In this document: in pieces, positions 28,170 through 37,428 of the stretch
Numbering within the stretch: the first letter of the stretch is position 1
Layout: the number at the start of each line of letters is the position of its first letter
Assembly: GCA_902766935.1 (NCBI GenBank)
Contig: CACXFR010000197.1
Location: 1 to 47,875 of the forward strand
Reading direction: 5' to 3'
Source of the DNA: an uncultured Planctomycetota bacterium
GTDB taxonomy: Bacteria > Planctomycetota > Planctomycetia > Pirellulales > Thermoguttaceae
Length of the DNA stretch: 47,875 nucleotides
The notes under the pieces: generated by a model
What the model saw: only the letters and a program-made list of their open reading frames with translations
The model's database searches: none
What the model was told of the DNA's origin: nothing
Made by a program: the position numbers and the translations under genes

Positions 28170-28646
28170 TTACATATCAGAGTGAAGATTCTTTTCGATC
28201 TGTTTCCTCTCGATTTCGGCAATCTTGTCGTTCCGCCGCTTGTGGCGTCCTCCGGCGAATTCCGATTTCAGCCAGATTTCGACGAGCCGATCAATCTTCC
28301 CCTCGCTGAGAAGATCCCCCGACAGGCAGAGGACGTTCAGGTCGTTGTGGCGGCGGCTCACCTCGGCGGTCACCTCGTCGATCACCGGCGCGGCGCGTAC
28401 GCCGGGGAACTTATTGGCGACGATGCTCATACCGATCCCCGTCCCGCAGATCAGGATTCCGCGGTCGGCCTCGCCGCGCGAAACCGCGCCGGCGACCACT
28501 TTGGCGATATCGGGATAGTCGACCGGTCTGGGATCGCCGGGGGTCGGTCCGACGTCGGTCACATCATGTCCGAGCCGACGGAGCAGACCGCTCATATCGA
28601 CCCGAACCTGGACGCCGTGATGGTCACTGCCAATCATTATTTTCAT
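28170..28646 (-). CDS. rpiB: Ribose-5-phosphate isomerase B
   Basis: MKIMIGSDHHG..., CGTGIGMSIVANKFPGVRAA; RpiB/LacA family size of 158 aa. Confidence 0.9.
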   Translation of the reverse strand: MKIMIGSDHHGVQVRVDMSGLLRRLGHDVTDVGPTPGDPRPVDYPDIAKVVAGAVSRGEADRGILICGTGIGMSIVANKFPGVRAAPVIDEVTAEVSRRHNDLNVLCLSGDLLSEGKIDRLVEIWLKSEFAGGRHKRRNDKIAEIERKQIEKNLHSDM

Positions 28647-28674
28647 GGGAAAATCACTTTCTACCCGAAATCAC

Positions 28675-30036
28675 TCAGGATTCAATAAACGCGCGGACTT
28701 CGTCGCAGAGCGCCTGAGCCGAGCAGGCGTCGGGCGCTTCGGCAATGATCCGAACGATCGGTTCCGTATTGCTGGCGCGAACCAGAACCCAGCGGTCCGC
28801 AAGATCGACCCTCAGCCCGTCGCTGCGGTCGGTCCGATATTCCTTGTAATTCGCCTCGAGCCGGTCGAGCGTCTCGGCGACCTTTTCGGCCGGCAGGAGC
28901 GCTTTCTCTTTGATGATCGCGTAGGCGGGGAGTTCGTCGGCCAGAGCCGAAACCGGAACGCCGCGCAGAGCCATCGCTTCGAGAATGTTCGCCATTCCGA
29001 CGAAGCTGTCCCGAACCAGACCGACCGCCGGGTCGATCGGTCCGCCGTTCCCCTCGCCGCCGAAAACAGCCTTTTCGGCCAGAAGGAGATCGACCACATT
29101 CGCCTCGCCGACCGGACTTCGCCGGGCCGGGACGCCGAACGATTCGGCCACGTCGATCGTCATCCGGCTCGTCGCGCAGTTGATGACGACCGGACCCGCC
29201 TTTTTGGCGAGTTTGTGTTTCGCGCAGATCGCCACGGTGTACTCTTCGCCGATATACCGGCCGTTTTCGTCGATCACCGCCAGACGGTCCGCGTCGGGAT
29301 CCTGACAGAACGCCGCGTCGACCTTGGCGGCGCGGACTTTTTCGAGGATTCCCGAAAGGTTCGCCGCGGTCGGTTCCGGCGTGTGGGCGAACCGACCGTT
29401 CGGTTCCTCCCCCATACAGATCACCTCGCAGCCGAGTTCTTCGAGGAGCGGCTTCCCCAGAACCGACCCGGCGCCGTGATTCGAATCGAGAAGAATGCGG
29501 AACTTCTTCGAGGCGACGAGCCGGGCGTCGACCGTCTTTAAAACCGCGTCCAGGTGCGCCCGGACGGTGTCGGCGACCGCGCTGCGCCGTCCGAGCCGGT
29601 CCGGTCCGCACCACGGGAAAGCCAGTTCGCCCCGTTCGAGCGCGCGGTACGTTTCGAGGACCTTTTCCCCTTCCCGTTTCGGAATGACGCGCCCCTCTCC
29701 GGAGAAGAGCTTCAGACCGTTGAACTCGATCGGGTTATGGCTGGCCGAGATCTGAATTCCCCCCGCGGCATTCAGGCTTCGAACCAGAACGCCGCAGGTC
29801 GGCGTGGCGGCCACCCCGCCGACCAGGGTCGGCCGGCCGACCGCGTTCAGGGCGGCCGAGATCGCGTCGGCGAAGAGGGAGCCGGAATTCCGGCCGTCCC
29901 AGGTGATCACGAAGGGACCGTCCCCCGGAATCGAAAGGGAAAACGCGATCGCGTAACGGACCGCGACTTCCGGCGTCAGCGTTTTGCCGACTTCGCCGCG
30001 AAGTCCGGAAACGCTGATAATAAGCGGCACTGACAT
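28675..30036 (-). CDS. Alpha-D-phosphohexomutase (phosphoglucosamine mutase / phosphomannomutase family)
   Basis: Start trimmed to MSVPLIISVSGLRGEVG (ATG 30036, AGGAGAGG RBS). Active-site loop GIQISASHNP, metal loop DPDADRL, GGEGNGG, and phosphate loop RASNTEP. Confidence 0.85.
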   Translation of the reverse strand: MSVPLIISVSGLRGEVGKTLTPEVAVRYAIAFSLSIPGDGPFVITWDGRNSGSLFADAISAALNAVGRPTLVGGVAATPTCGVLVRSLNAAGGIQISASHNPIEFNGLKLFSGEGRVIPKREGEKVLETYRALERGELAFPWCGPDRLGRRSAVADTVRAHLDAVLKTVDARLVASKKFRILLDSNHGAGSVLGKPLLEELGCEVICMGEEPNGRFAHTPEPTAANLSGILEKVRAAKVDAAFCQDPDADRLAVIDENGRYIGEEYTVAICAKHKLAKKAGPVVINCATSRMTIDVAESFGVPARRSPVGEANVVDLLLAEKAVFGGEGNGGPIDPAVGLVRDSFVGMANILEAMALRGVPVSALADELPAYAIIKEKALLPAEKVAETLDRLEANYKEYRTDRSDGLRVDLADRWVLVRASNTEPIVRIIAEAPDACSAQALCDEVRAFIES

Positions 30037-30133
30037 ATAACCTCTCCTGACAGAACTGAAGTTCCGGGCGGTTGGTCTTTGAAGAAACGCGGCGCAACAG
30101 GGCCGCGCGGGGCGACGACACCCCGACGGCTCC

Positions 30134-30162
30134 ATTATAAGGCCGCAATGGGGTAAGAACAA
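30134..30162 (-). promoter_or_regulatory. Sigma70-like promoter upstream of the phosphohexomutase gene
   Basis: On the - strand: TTGTTC - 17 nt - TATAAT, about 100 nt upstream of the ATG. Confidence 0.4.
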
Positions 30163-30175
30163 GGCCTCCGGCGGG

Positions 30176-31213
30176 TCATTTCAGACTCGTCACGTCCTTA
30201 TAGACGTACGCCCCGCCGTTCTCTTCGGCCAGTTTTCGATACGCCGCGGGATGCCTCCCCCCCGGCTTGCCGAACTCGATCACGTTGATCTGCGACACCC
30301 CCGTCCGCCGAGCCAGATCGCCGATCCGACGGAGCGCCAGCGCCGAAATTTCCTCTTCGGCGTCGGTCAGAAGGAAGATCACGTCGGGCGCCATGCGGAT
30401 CGCGGCCGACAGCGCGCCGAGCGGGTCGGTTCCCCCTTCCGGACGGACCGCACGGAGAAATTCGTCGGCGCGGTGTTTCGTTTCGGGAGTGACGTCGGCC
30501 AGACGCGTCCCGCCGTCGAAAACCTCGACTTTGTGGTTGAAGACCAGAAGCTGAAACTTCCGCGCCCCTTCGCCCGGCTCGAGCGACTCGATGCTCAGCC
30601 GCGCTTCGGAAACGGCGAAGTTCATCGGCGCCTCGTCCGGCCATTTCATGCTTTCGCTCCGGTCGATCAGATAGACGAACCGCTTCCCGCGGCCCGAGAG
30701 TTCCCCGAACCGCACCGCCTGCCCGCTGCCGGCGCCCGTACCGGCGGAACGATCGCCCGATCCCGCGCCGGCGCGGCTCGGACCGGGGTCGTCCGACGCG
30801 AACCGCACCCGCGCAGTCGCCCCTTCCCGAGGCGGTTCGGCGCCGACCGCCTCGGCCGGCGGCTCTTCGACCGGGTCGGACAAAGCCGGGTCGACCGGCG
30901 GCTCGGCGGGATCGGCCTGCGTCTCTTCGCCGGCGCTCTCCGCCGGACCAGCGCCCGATTCCTCCTCCGAAAAGAGGAGCGAAACCTCCCCCTCCGGCCG
31001 CCCGCGCGCCGCGCGCGAGATCGGCCGATGGATCTGGAAGACAGTCAGCAGAAGGAGGAGGATCGCGGCGTGGATCATCAGCGACCCGCTCCACGAGGTC
31101 CAAAACGGCGTTTTCTCGCCGTCCGGTTCCGGCAGGGGATCCCCGGCGCCCTGGCGCGTCTTCCACTTCCAAAAAAAGTTCTTCCTTTTATAATGGGGTT
31201 CGGAGCCGCTCAT
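30176..31213 (-). CDS. Membrane-anchored von Willebrand factor A (VWA) domain protein
   Basis: Start trimmed to MSGSEPHY (ATG 31213) to avoid overlapping def. TM LMIHAAILLLLLTVF, an acidic/Pro-rich linker, then a VWA-like region KRFVYLIDRSESM...GGTDPLGAL...IFLLTDA with a MIDAS-like DxSxS. Confidence 0.7.
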   Translation of the reverse strand: MSGSEPHYKRKNFFWKWKTRQGAGDPLPEPDGEKTPFWTSWSGSLMIHAAILLLLLTVFQIHRPISRAARGRPEGEVSLLFSEEESGAGPAESAGEETQADPAEPPVDPALSDPVEEPPAEAVGAEPPREGATARVRFASDDPGPSRAGAGSGDRSAGTGAGSGQAVRFGELSGRGKRFVYLIDRSESMKWPDEAPMNFAVSEARLSIESLEPGEGARKFQLLVFNHKVEVFDGGTRLADVTPETKHRADEFLRAVRPEGGTDPLGALSAAIRMAPDVIFLLTDAEEEISALALRRIGDLARRTGVSQINVIEFGKPGGRHPAAYRKLAEENGGAYVYKDVTSLK

Positions 31214-31297
31214 AACAGCCCGATTATAAAATTCCTCCCTCCGAAATAAAAGAGGGAAAAGAAAACCGCCATCTGTCTTCCGCACAAAGGAGAACGC

Positions 31298-31882
31298 GTG
31301 AAAATCGTCCGATACCCGCATCCCGTCCTAACCTACCACTCGAAACCGATCAGACGGATCGACCAGGGACTGCGCGACATCGCCGCCGAAATGCTCGAGC
31401 TGATGTACGAGGCGCAGGGGGTCGGTCTGGCGGCGAACCAGGTCGGACTGCCGTACCAGCTTCTGGTGATGAACCCGACGGGGGACCGCGAGCAGAAGGA
31501 AGAAGAGTACGTCTTCATCAACCCGGTCATTCAGAAGCGGGGGGGCGGAATGCGCGAAATGGAAGAGGGGTGCCTGAGTTTTCCCGACCTGCACCTTTCG
31601 ATTTCCCGGCCCGACGAGATCACGTTTCAGGCGATTGGTCTGGACGGAAAACCCGCGACCTACAACTGGAAGGGGCTGCCGGCGCGGGTCGTTCAGCACG
31701 AGACCGACCATCTTCACGGCAAATGCTTCTACCAGCGGGCGAAATATTCCGGGGAACTGATCGCGCGCGACGCACTGGGCGCGATGGCCGCCGAATTCGA
31801 CGCGGATCGTCAGCGCGGGTTCATCCCGAGCGACGGCCAGATTGCCAAAGAGATCGCCGAACTCGAAAAGAAATACTGCTGA
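31298..31882 (+). CDS. def: Peptide deformylase
   Basis: GTG start with aaaggagaa RBS. GVGLAANQVG, EGCLSFP and QHETDHLHG motifs. Confidence 0.93.
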   Translation: MKIVRYPHPVLTYHSKPIRRIDQGLRDIAAEMLELMYEAQGVGLAANQVGLPYQLLVMNPTGDREQKEEEYVFINPVIQKRGGGMREMEEGCLSFPDLHLSISRPDEITFQAIGLDGKPATYNWKGLPARVVQHETDHLHGKCFYQRAKYSGELIARDALGAMAAEFDADRQRGFIPSDGQIAKEIAELEKKYC

Positions 31883-31913
31883 ACGGAACGCTCGGCAAGC
31901 CGACGCCGAACCG

Positions 31914-31946
31914 AAAACGGCGCGCCGAGACGCGCCGTTTTCATTT
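31914..31946. terminator. Bidirectional terminator between def and tRNA-Pro
   Basis: Perfect 9-bp stem aacggcgcg-ccgaga-cgcgccgtt, with a T-run on + (ttttcattt) and an A-run upstream that gives a T-run on -. Confidence 0.75.
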
Positions 31947-31968
31947 CAACCGGTACGAAAAAAGCGAA

Positions 31969-32043
31969 TCGGGGCGACACGATTTGAACGTGCGACCCTC
32001 TGCTCCCAAAGCAGATGCGCTAGCCAGGCTGCGCTACGCCCCG
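31969..32043 (-). tRNA. tRNA-Pro (anticodon UGG)
   Basis: The - strand reads CGGGGCG TA GCGC AGCCTGGCTA GCGC A TCTGC TTTGGGA GCAGA GGGTC GCACG TTCAAAT CGTGT CGCCCCG A. This is a full cloverleaf with anticodon TGG. No CCA is encoded (followed by TTC). Confidence 0.9.
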
Positions 32044-32099
32044 TCAAGGCACATTCTAAACGATTGCCGCGAATCGGCAAGAGACCGCTCGCCGCGGGA

Positions 32100-33410
32100 C
32101 TATCTTTTCACCTCAGTCAGATTGGTGCCGTCGGGGATGACGGCGTTCTTTTCGACGCAGACCACGCCGTCGCGGATCTGGCCGTAGAAGCTCTCCGGCG
32201 TTTCCAGAATCCCGTTCGGATTGGTGATCGTAACGTTCCGGCCGATCGCGCAGTTCTTGTCGACGATCGCCCCGTCAATCACCGTGTTGTCGCCGATTCC
32301 GATCGGGCCCTTTCCCTCGGCGGCGGCCTGGGCGAGCTCCTTCTGCGTCTGGTAGAAGTCCTGCCCCATCAGAATTGTGTTGCGGATCACGCAGTTTCGG
32401 CCGATCTGCGAACGGAGCCCGACGATCGAGTTTTCGATCACCGTCCCTTTGCCGATCGTGCAGCCGTCGGCGATCAGGCTCGAGGCGATCTTCGCGCCGC
32501 TGATCCTCGAGGCGGGAAGGAAATTCGAACGGGAGTAAGTCGGCGACGAGGCGGTCGACAGGGCGAACGGAGGATTGTCGGAAGCCATCGCCAGGTTCGC
32601 TTCAAAAAAGGCGCCGATCGTACCGATGTCTTCCCAATAGCCGTCGAACGGATGAACCTGCACGTGCTTGGTGCGGATCGCGGCGGGAAAGACCTCTTTG
32701 CCGAAATCCTTGTAATCGGTCTTTTCGAGCGCGTCGACCAGCGTCTGTTTGTTGAACAGGTAGATCCCCATGCTCGCCAGGTATTCGCGGCCGTTGGCCT
32801 CGATCCCGAGCGACTCGATCGCCTCCTGCGAAATCCGGACGTGGTCGAGTTCCTGCTCGGTTTTCGGCTTCTCGAGAAAACCGATCACCTTGCCGCGCGT
32901 CTCCTTTTCGTCGGCCAGACGCATAATCCCGAATCCGGATGCCTTGTCGCGCGCGACGGGAACCGCGGCAATCGTCACGTCGGCGTTGGCGTTGACGTGC
33001 GTTTCGATCATCTTGCGGAAATCCATCCGGTAGAGCTGATCTCCCGAAAGGATCAGGACGTAGTCGATGTCGCGCTGGCTGATGTAGTTCATGTTCTGGC
33101 GGACAGCGTCGGCGGTTCCCTGATACCAGGTTCCGTTTCGGTTCGTCTGCTGCGCGGCCAGGATTTCCACGAAACCGCGGCTGTAATCGTCGAAGTTATA
33201 GCAGCGAATGTGATGATGGAGGCTGACCGAGTTGAACTGCGTGGCGACGTAAATCCGGTTCAGGCCGCTGTTGATGCAGTTCGACAGCGGGATGTCGATC
33301 AGGCGGTATTTCCCCCCGATCGGAACCGCGGGCTTGGCGCGGTATTTTGTCAGCGGATAGAGACGGGTCCCCTGCCCGCCCCCTAAAATCAGAACGACTA
33401 CGTTATTCAT
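32100..33410 (-). CDS. glgC: Glucose-1-phosphate adenylyltransferase
   Basis: Start trimmed to MNNVVVLILGGGQGTRLYPLTKYRAKPAVPIGGKYRLIDIPLSNCINSG (ATG 33410). C-terminal left-handed beta-helix repeats. Confidence 0.92.
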   Translation of the reverse strand: MNNVVVLILGGGQGTRLYPLTKYRAKPAVPIGGKYRLIDIPLSNCINSGLNRIYVATQFNSVSLHHHIRCYNFDDYSRGFVEILAAQQTNRNGTWYQGTADAVRQNMNYISQRDIDYVLILSGDQLYRMDFRKMIETHVNANADVTIAAVPVARDKASGFGIMRLADEKETRGKVIGFLEKPKTEQELDHVRISQEAIESLGIEANGREYLASMGIYLFNKQTLVDALEKTDYKDFGKEVFPAAIRTKHVQVHPFDGYWEDIGTIGAFFEANLAMASDNPPFALSTASSPTYSRSNFLPASRISGAKIASSLIADGCTIGKGTVIENSIVGLRSQIGRNCVIRNTILMGQDFYQTQKELAQAAAEGKGPIGIGDNTVIDGAIVDKNCAIGRNVTITNPNGILETPESFYGQIRDGVVCVEKNAVIPDGTNLTEVKR

Positions 33411-33521
33411 CGCTGAGACTCCGGTTCGAAATTGACGGTTTGAAAAAAGAAAGGAACGCCCGTAAAGGGGAAACCGCCGTTTTCCGTCCGTCCCCTGCGG
33501 GTCCGATTCCTCCGCGCCCCG

Positions 33522-33550
33522 ATTATAAACCGCGAAAGGTTTCCTTTCAA
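33522..33550 (-). promoter_or_regulatory. Near-consensus sigma70 promoter for glgC
   Basis: On the - strand: TTGAAA - 17 nt - TATAAT (tttcaa at 33545-33550, attata at 33522-33527 on +). This implies a leader of about 100 nt. Confidence 0.55.
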
Positions 33551-33843
33551 GTTTGATTGGGGCGTTGCCGCCGTTCGGCATAAAAAAATCCCGATCTCAA
33601 AGAACTCCGCGCTGAAAAAGGATTCCGACACAATGTATCGATTTCGGTTTGAGTTCCCAATCGGGTGACGGCCGCTTGGGCAATGAATTCGGAACCTTTT
33701 TCTGAAGCTCTTTGAGATCGGGAACGAATATCCTGATCATTTTGCCTGACAGGCAAACGGGGTGTTCGTCCTTGAACTCCTTTCTGTTAGAGGTTGGGTA
33801 ACTGTCCTATCGATGAAACACAAATGATTTTCAAACGCGCCGA

Positions 33844-34335
33844 TCATCCCACCTTCGAAAGGGCGGTTAAGATCTTGCGGAATTTCGGCATCCGCTTCTC
33901 GACGTAGCGGACCCACCTTTCGGGATGCCAAATTTCGATGCTGACCGCCGCGCCGACGACCATCACCTCCTGACCCGGTTCGACCCGCAGAAATTCGCGG
34001 AACCCTTCCGGAATCAGAAGCCGTCCTTTTCCGGCGAGCTGAACCGGACGGTATCCGGTCGAAAGGAGGCGGCCCAGAAGCTGGAGCTGCGCGAGACGGT
34101 CGGTGTAATCCCCCATCTGCTGATGGAGGTTGACCAGCTCGACCCGTTTGCTGAACTCCTTTTCCCACGACTCCTGCGGCCAAAGGCTGATACACCCGGG
34201 CCGCTCTTTGACCAACACGCAGTCCCCCCCTTCGCCGACCGGGAAAAGCTCGACGAGCTTTTCGGGAAGCGAAAGGCGGTACCGTTCGTCCAGTTTGCGG
34301 CTGAATTCGCCTTGGATGAATTGGCGTTCGGACAT
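33844..34335 (-). CDS. mraZ: Transcriptional regulator MraZ
   Basis: Start trimmed to MSERQFIQGEFSRKLDERYRLSLPEKL (ATG 34335). It has two SpoVT/AbrB-like halves; the second carries the canonical motif (LAGKGRLLIPEGFRE) and the first is degenerate (DERYRLSLP). Length 163 aa. Confidence 0.8.
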   Translation of the reverse strand: MSERQFIQGEFSRKLDERYRLSLPEKLVELFPVGEGGDCVLVKERPGCISLWPQESWEKEFSKRVELVNLHQQMGDYTDRLAQLQLLGRLLSTGYRPVQLAGKGRLLIPEGFREFLRVEPGQEVMVVGAAVSIEIWHPERWVRYVEKRMPKFRKILTALSKVG

Positions 34336-34360
34336 CGCGAAAAAATACCGATTCTTGCTA

Positions 34361-34420
34361 TTGGGCGCAATTCCCACAAAAAAACGGGAAACACGGTTAT
34401 TTTGGGCTCATTTCCCACAA
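34361..34420. promoter_or_regulatory. Two 19-bp direct repeats (putative MraZ operator)
   Basis: ttgggcGcaAttcccacaa (34361-34379) and ttgggcTcaTttcccacaa (34402-34420) match at 17 of 19 positions, 41 nt apart, and lie 26-85 nt upstream of the mraZ ATG. Each carries a TGGG core on both strands. Confidence 0.45.
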
Positions 34421-34430
34421 CTTGAGGTTT

Positions 34431-34458
34431 AATTTATCAGATAATTACGAGGATGCAA
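34431..34458 (-). promoter_or_regulatory. Candidate mraZ promoter
   Basis: On the - strand: TTGCAT - 16 nt - TAAATT, in an AT-rich patch just upstream of the repeats. Confidence 0.3.
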
Positions 34459-34638
34459 GCGTTTTCTTTAACGAAATCGGAAATTTTTTAAATTTTTCTG
34501 AAAATTCTTTCAATCGGCGTTTTTCGGAACCCGCCGCCGGGCGCGCGAAATTTCTCTTTTTTCGATTCCCCCCCCTTGCGCCCTCCCCGCGATCTTTTAT
34601 AATCGTGACGTTGCGGGTTCCCCCGCGGCGAATGGTTT

Positions 34639-34712
<74 letters not shown>

Positions 34713-34720
34713 CTGAATTA

Positions 34721-34748
34721 GGGGTCGGTTCTTCCGACTCCTTTTTTT
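34721..34748 (+). terminator. Rho-independent terminator after tRNA-Asp
   Basis: ggggtcgg-ttctt-ccgactcc stem followed by T7. Confidence 0.8.
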
Positions 34749-34822
34749 ATCCCCCTTTTTGCCTGTCTCCCCGGAAGGCGTGTTTTCTCCTTTTTTCCCG
34801 GGGCGCAGCTTGGAAATCGAAG

Positions 34823-35695
34823 ATGCCCGAATCCGAAAAAAACGCCCTCGGGGGGTACAGCGGGGGCGGACATACACGCAGAATCAAGTTCGGCGAACTG
34901 ACGATCGAAGGCTTTTCCCGCGCGCCGATCAAATCGTTCTGGCGGATCCCGGAACTGAAACTCGGGTTCGATCTCGGCTGGCAGCCGTGGGAACACATGG
35001 GGACCCCGCGCTGGTTCATCACCCACACGCACATGGACCACATCCTGGCGCTTCCGGCCTACGCCGCGCGGCGTCAGATGATGGACATGACCCCGCCGAC
35101 GGTTTACCTCCCCGCGCAGAAGGTCGGCGAGGCGCAGGCGCTCCTGACCGCGTTCACCCGGCTCGACAACGGCCGTCTCCCCTGCAATTTCGTCGGGGTG
35201 AGGCCGGGGGACGAATTCGAACTCTCGCGCGAACTGATCGTGACCGTCTTAAAGACGTATCACTCGGTTCCCTCGGTCGGCTACATCGTCTGGGAACGGC
35301 GCAAAAAACTCAGGGAGGAATACCTCTCCCTTTCCGGGCCGCAGATCCGCGACCTGAAAGAGTCGGGGGTCGAAATCACCTACGAGGTCCGTTTCCCCCG
35401 CGTCGCCTATCTGGGCGACACCACGGCGCGGGCGCTCGACGAGGCGCCCGATGTGTACCGCGCCGACGTTTTGATCACCGAAATGACGTTCGTCTCGCCC
35501 GACGTGACCGACAATATGCTCAAAACCGCCGGACACACCCACCTGAACGATTTCGTCGGGCGTCGGGAACGGTTCGAGAACAAGCTGATCATCGCCGGGC
35601 ACTTCTCGGCGCGCTATACGAACAAAGAGATCAACGCGCACGTCCGCGCGGCACTCCCCGACATGCTCGGCGGACGGCTGAACCTCTGGCTCTGA
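34823..35695 (+). CDS. MBL-fold metallo-hydrolase, short RNase Z-like
   Basis: Start trimmed to MPESEK (ATG 34823), because the track ORF start at 34682 lies inside the tRNA. HxHxDH motif ITHTHMDH. The N-terminal EGFSRAPIKSFWRIPELKLGFDLG resembles short Thermotoga-type tRNase Z, from memory. Confidence 0.6.
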   Translation: MPESEKNALGGYSGGGHTRRIKFGELTIEGFSRAPIKSFWRIPELKLGFDLGWQPWEHMGTPRWFITHTHMDHILALPAYAARRQMMDMTPPTVYLPAQKVGEAQALLTAFTRLDNGRLPCNFVGVRPGDEFELSRELIVTVLKTYHSVPSVGYIVWERRKKLREEYLSLSGPQIRDLKESGVEITYEVRFPRVAYLGDTTARALDEAPDVYRADVLITEMTFVSPDVTDNMLKTAGHTHLNDFVGRRERFENKLIIAGHFSARYTNKEINAHVRAALPDMLGGRLNLWL

Positions 35696-35854
35696 CCGCC
35701 GCATCTCTTCCTTTCCCGAAAGGGCGGGCGGCGAGTCTCTACCTTGTCACGCACCGCTTCTTTGGTAAGATATTGTTGATGCGCCCCTATATTACGGCCG
35801 TTTCCCGTGGGCGTCCGTCCGTTATCCACTCTGTCGAACAGGTTTGATCGATCG

Positions 35855-37318
35855 ATGTTTGAGTCACTGCAAGAAAGTCTCGGTTCCGCGTTCCGAACGA
35901 TGCTCGGCCGCGGGCGGATTACCGAATCGAACATACGCCAGGGGATGGACCTCGTCCGAAAATCCCTCCTCGAAGCCGACGTCAGCGTCTCGGTCGTCCG
36001 TCAGTTCATCGCCAACGTCACCGAAAAGTCGCTCGGCGAAGACGTTCTGAAAGTTCTCAATCCGACCGAACAGATCGTCAAGATCGTCAACGACGAATTG
36101 ATCGCGCTGATGGGACCGGTCGATCCCGAAATCCCCTTCAAAAAGCCGATCACCGTCCTGATGCTCTGCGGTCTTCAGGGATCGGGGAAGACGACCACGT
36201 GCGGAAAACTCGGGCATCGCTTCCAAAAAGCGGGTTTAAAGCCGATGTTCGTGGCGGCGGACCTCCAGCGCCCCGCCGCGATCGACCAGTTGGAAGTCCT
36301 GGGCGAGTCGCTCGGGATCCCGGTCTATACCGACCGCGTTTCGAAAGACCCGGTCGCCGTCTGCCGGACGGCGGTAAAAAAGGCGGTCGACGAAGGAATC
36401 GACGTCGTCCTGCTCGACACCGCCGGGCGCCTGCACATCGACGAAGAGCTGATGCGGCAGCTCCAAGAGATCGAACAGCGGGTAAATCCCGACCAGGTCT
36501 TTTTCGTAGTCGACTCGATGACCGGTCAGGACGCGGTCAACAGCGCCCGCGCGTTCAACGACGCCCTGGAGCTCGACGGCGTCATTCTGACGAAACTCGA
36601 CGGCGACTCGCGCGGCGGCGCGGCCCTTTCGGTGAAGTCGGTCACCGGCGTGCCGATCAAGTTCGTCGGTACCGGCGAGACGCTCGACGATCTCGACGAG
36701 TTCCATCCCGACCGAATGGCGAGCCGAATCCTGGGAATGGGGGATCTGGCGACCCTCATCGAATCGGCGCAGTCGAAAATCGACGAACAGGATCTTCTGG
36801 AGCAGCAGAAGCGGCTCGAACAGGGGCTCTTTACGCTCGACGATTTCCGAAAGCAGATGTCGCAGATCACGAAGCTCGGCTCGTTCGGGAAGATTCTGAG
36901 CTTCCTCCCCGGAATGGGGCAGCTGAGCAAAATGATGGGGACGATGGACGTCGACCCGGATCAGCAGATCCGCAAAATCGGCGGGATCATCGATTCGATG
37001 ACGCCGGCCGAACGGCGGAACCCGCAGATCATCGACTCGAGGCGGCGTCAGCGCATCGCCGACGGCGCCGGGGTCGCTCCGAACAAGGTCAACGAACTGC
37101 TGAAAATGTTCTATCCGATGGCCGACATGATGAAGAAGATGGGGCGGCTCGGACCGGGGGATCGGATGCGCGCGGTTCAGATGATGTCCCAGCAGCTCCA
37201 GCAGGGAACGCTCGGTCAGAACCAGAAAAAAGGAACCGGGAAACGCCTGAGTCCGAAAGAGCGTTTGGAACAGCGGAAACGGCTCGAAAAGGAGCGGAAA
37301 AAGAAAAAACGCCGTTAA
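35855..37318 (+). CDS. ffh: Signal recognition particle protein Ffh
   Basis: Start at [13 protein letters not shown] (ATG 35855). [34 protein letters not shown], a Met-rich M domain, and a basic KKKKRR tail. Confidence 0.95.
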   Translation: MFESLQESLGSAFRTMLGRGRITESNIRQGMDLVRKSLLEADVSVSVVRQFIANVTEKSLGEDVLKVLNPTEQIVKIVNDELIALMGPVDPEIPFKKPITVLMLCGLQGSGKTTTCGKLGHRFQKAGLKPMFVAADLQRPAAIDQLEVLGESLGIPVYTDRVSKDPVAVCRTAVKKAVDEGIDVVLLDTAGRLHIDEELMRQLQEIEQRVNPDQVFFVVDSMTGQDAVNSARAFNDALELDGVILTKLDGDSRGGAALSVKSVTGVPIKFVGTGETLDDLDEFHPDRMASRILGMGDLATLIESAQSKIDEQDLLEQQKRLEQGLFTLDDFRKQMSQITKLGSFGKILSFLPGMGQLSKMMGTMDVDPDQQIRKIGGIIDSMTPAERRNPQIIDSRRRQRIADGAGVAPNKVNELLKMFYPMADMMKKMGRLGPGDRMRAVQMMSQQLQQGTLGQNQKKGTGKRLSPKERLEQRKRLEKERKKKKRR

Positions 37319-37326
37319 TTCCCCCC

Positions 37327-37354
37327 TTGCGTCGTTTACTCTCTATGATAATAT
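37327..37354 (+). promoter_or_regulatory. Candidate promoter for rpsP
   Basis: TTGCGT - 16 nt - TAATAT in an AT-rich spacer after ffh. Confidence 0.3.
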
Positions 37355-37428
37355 AAGGTGATTATTTTGTAAAAACACCGCATTCATTAACACTAGGGCC
37401 CTCCGGGCCGCTAACTGAGGAGAAAACC

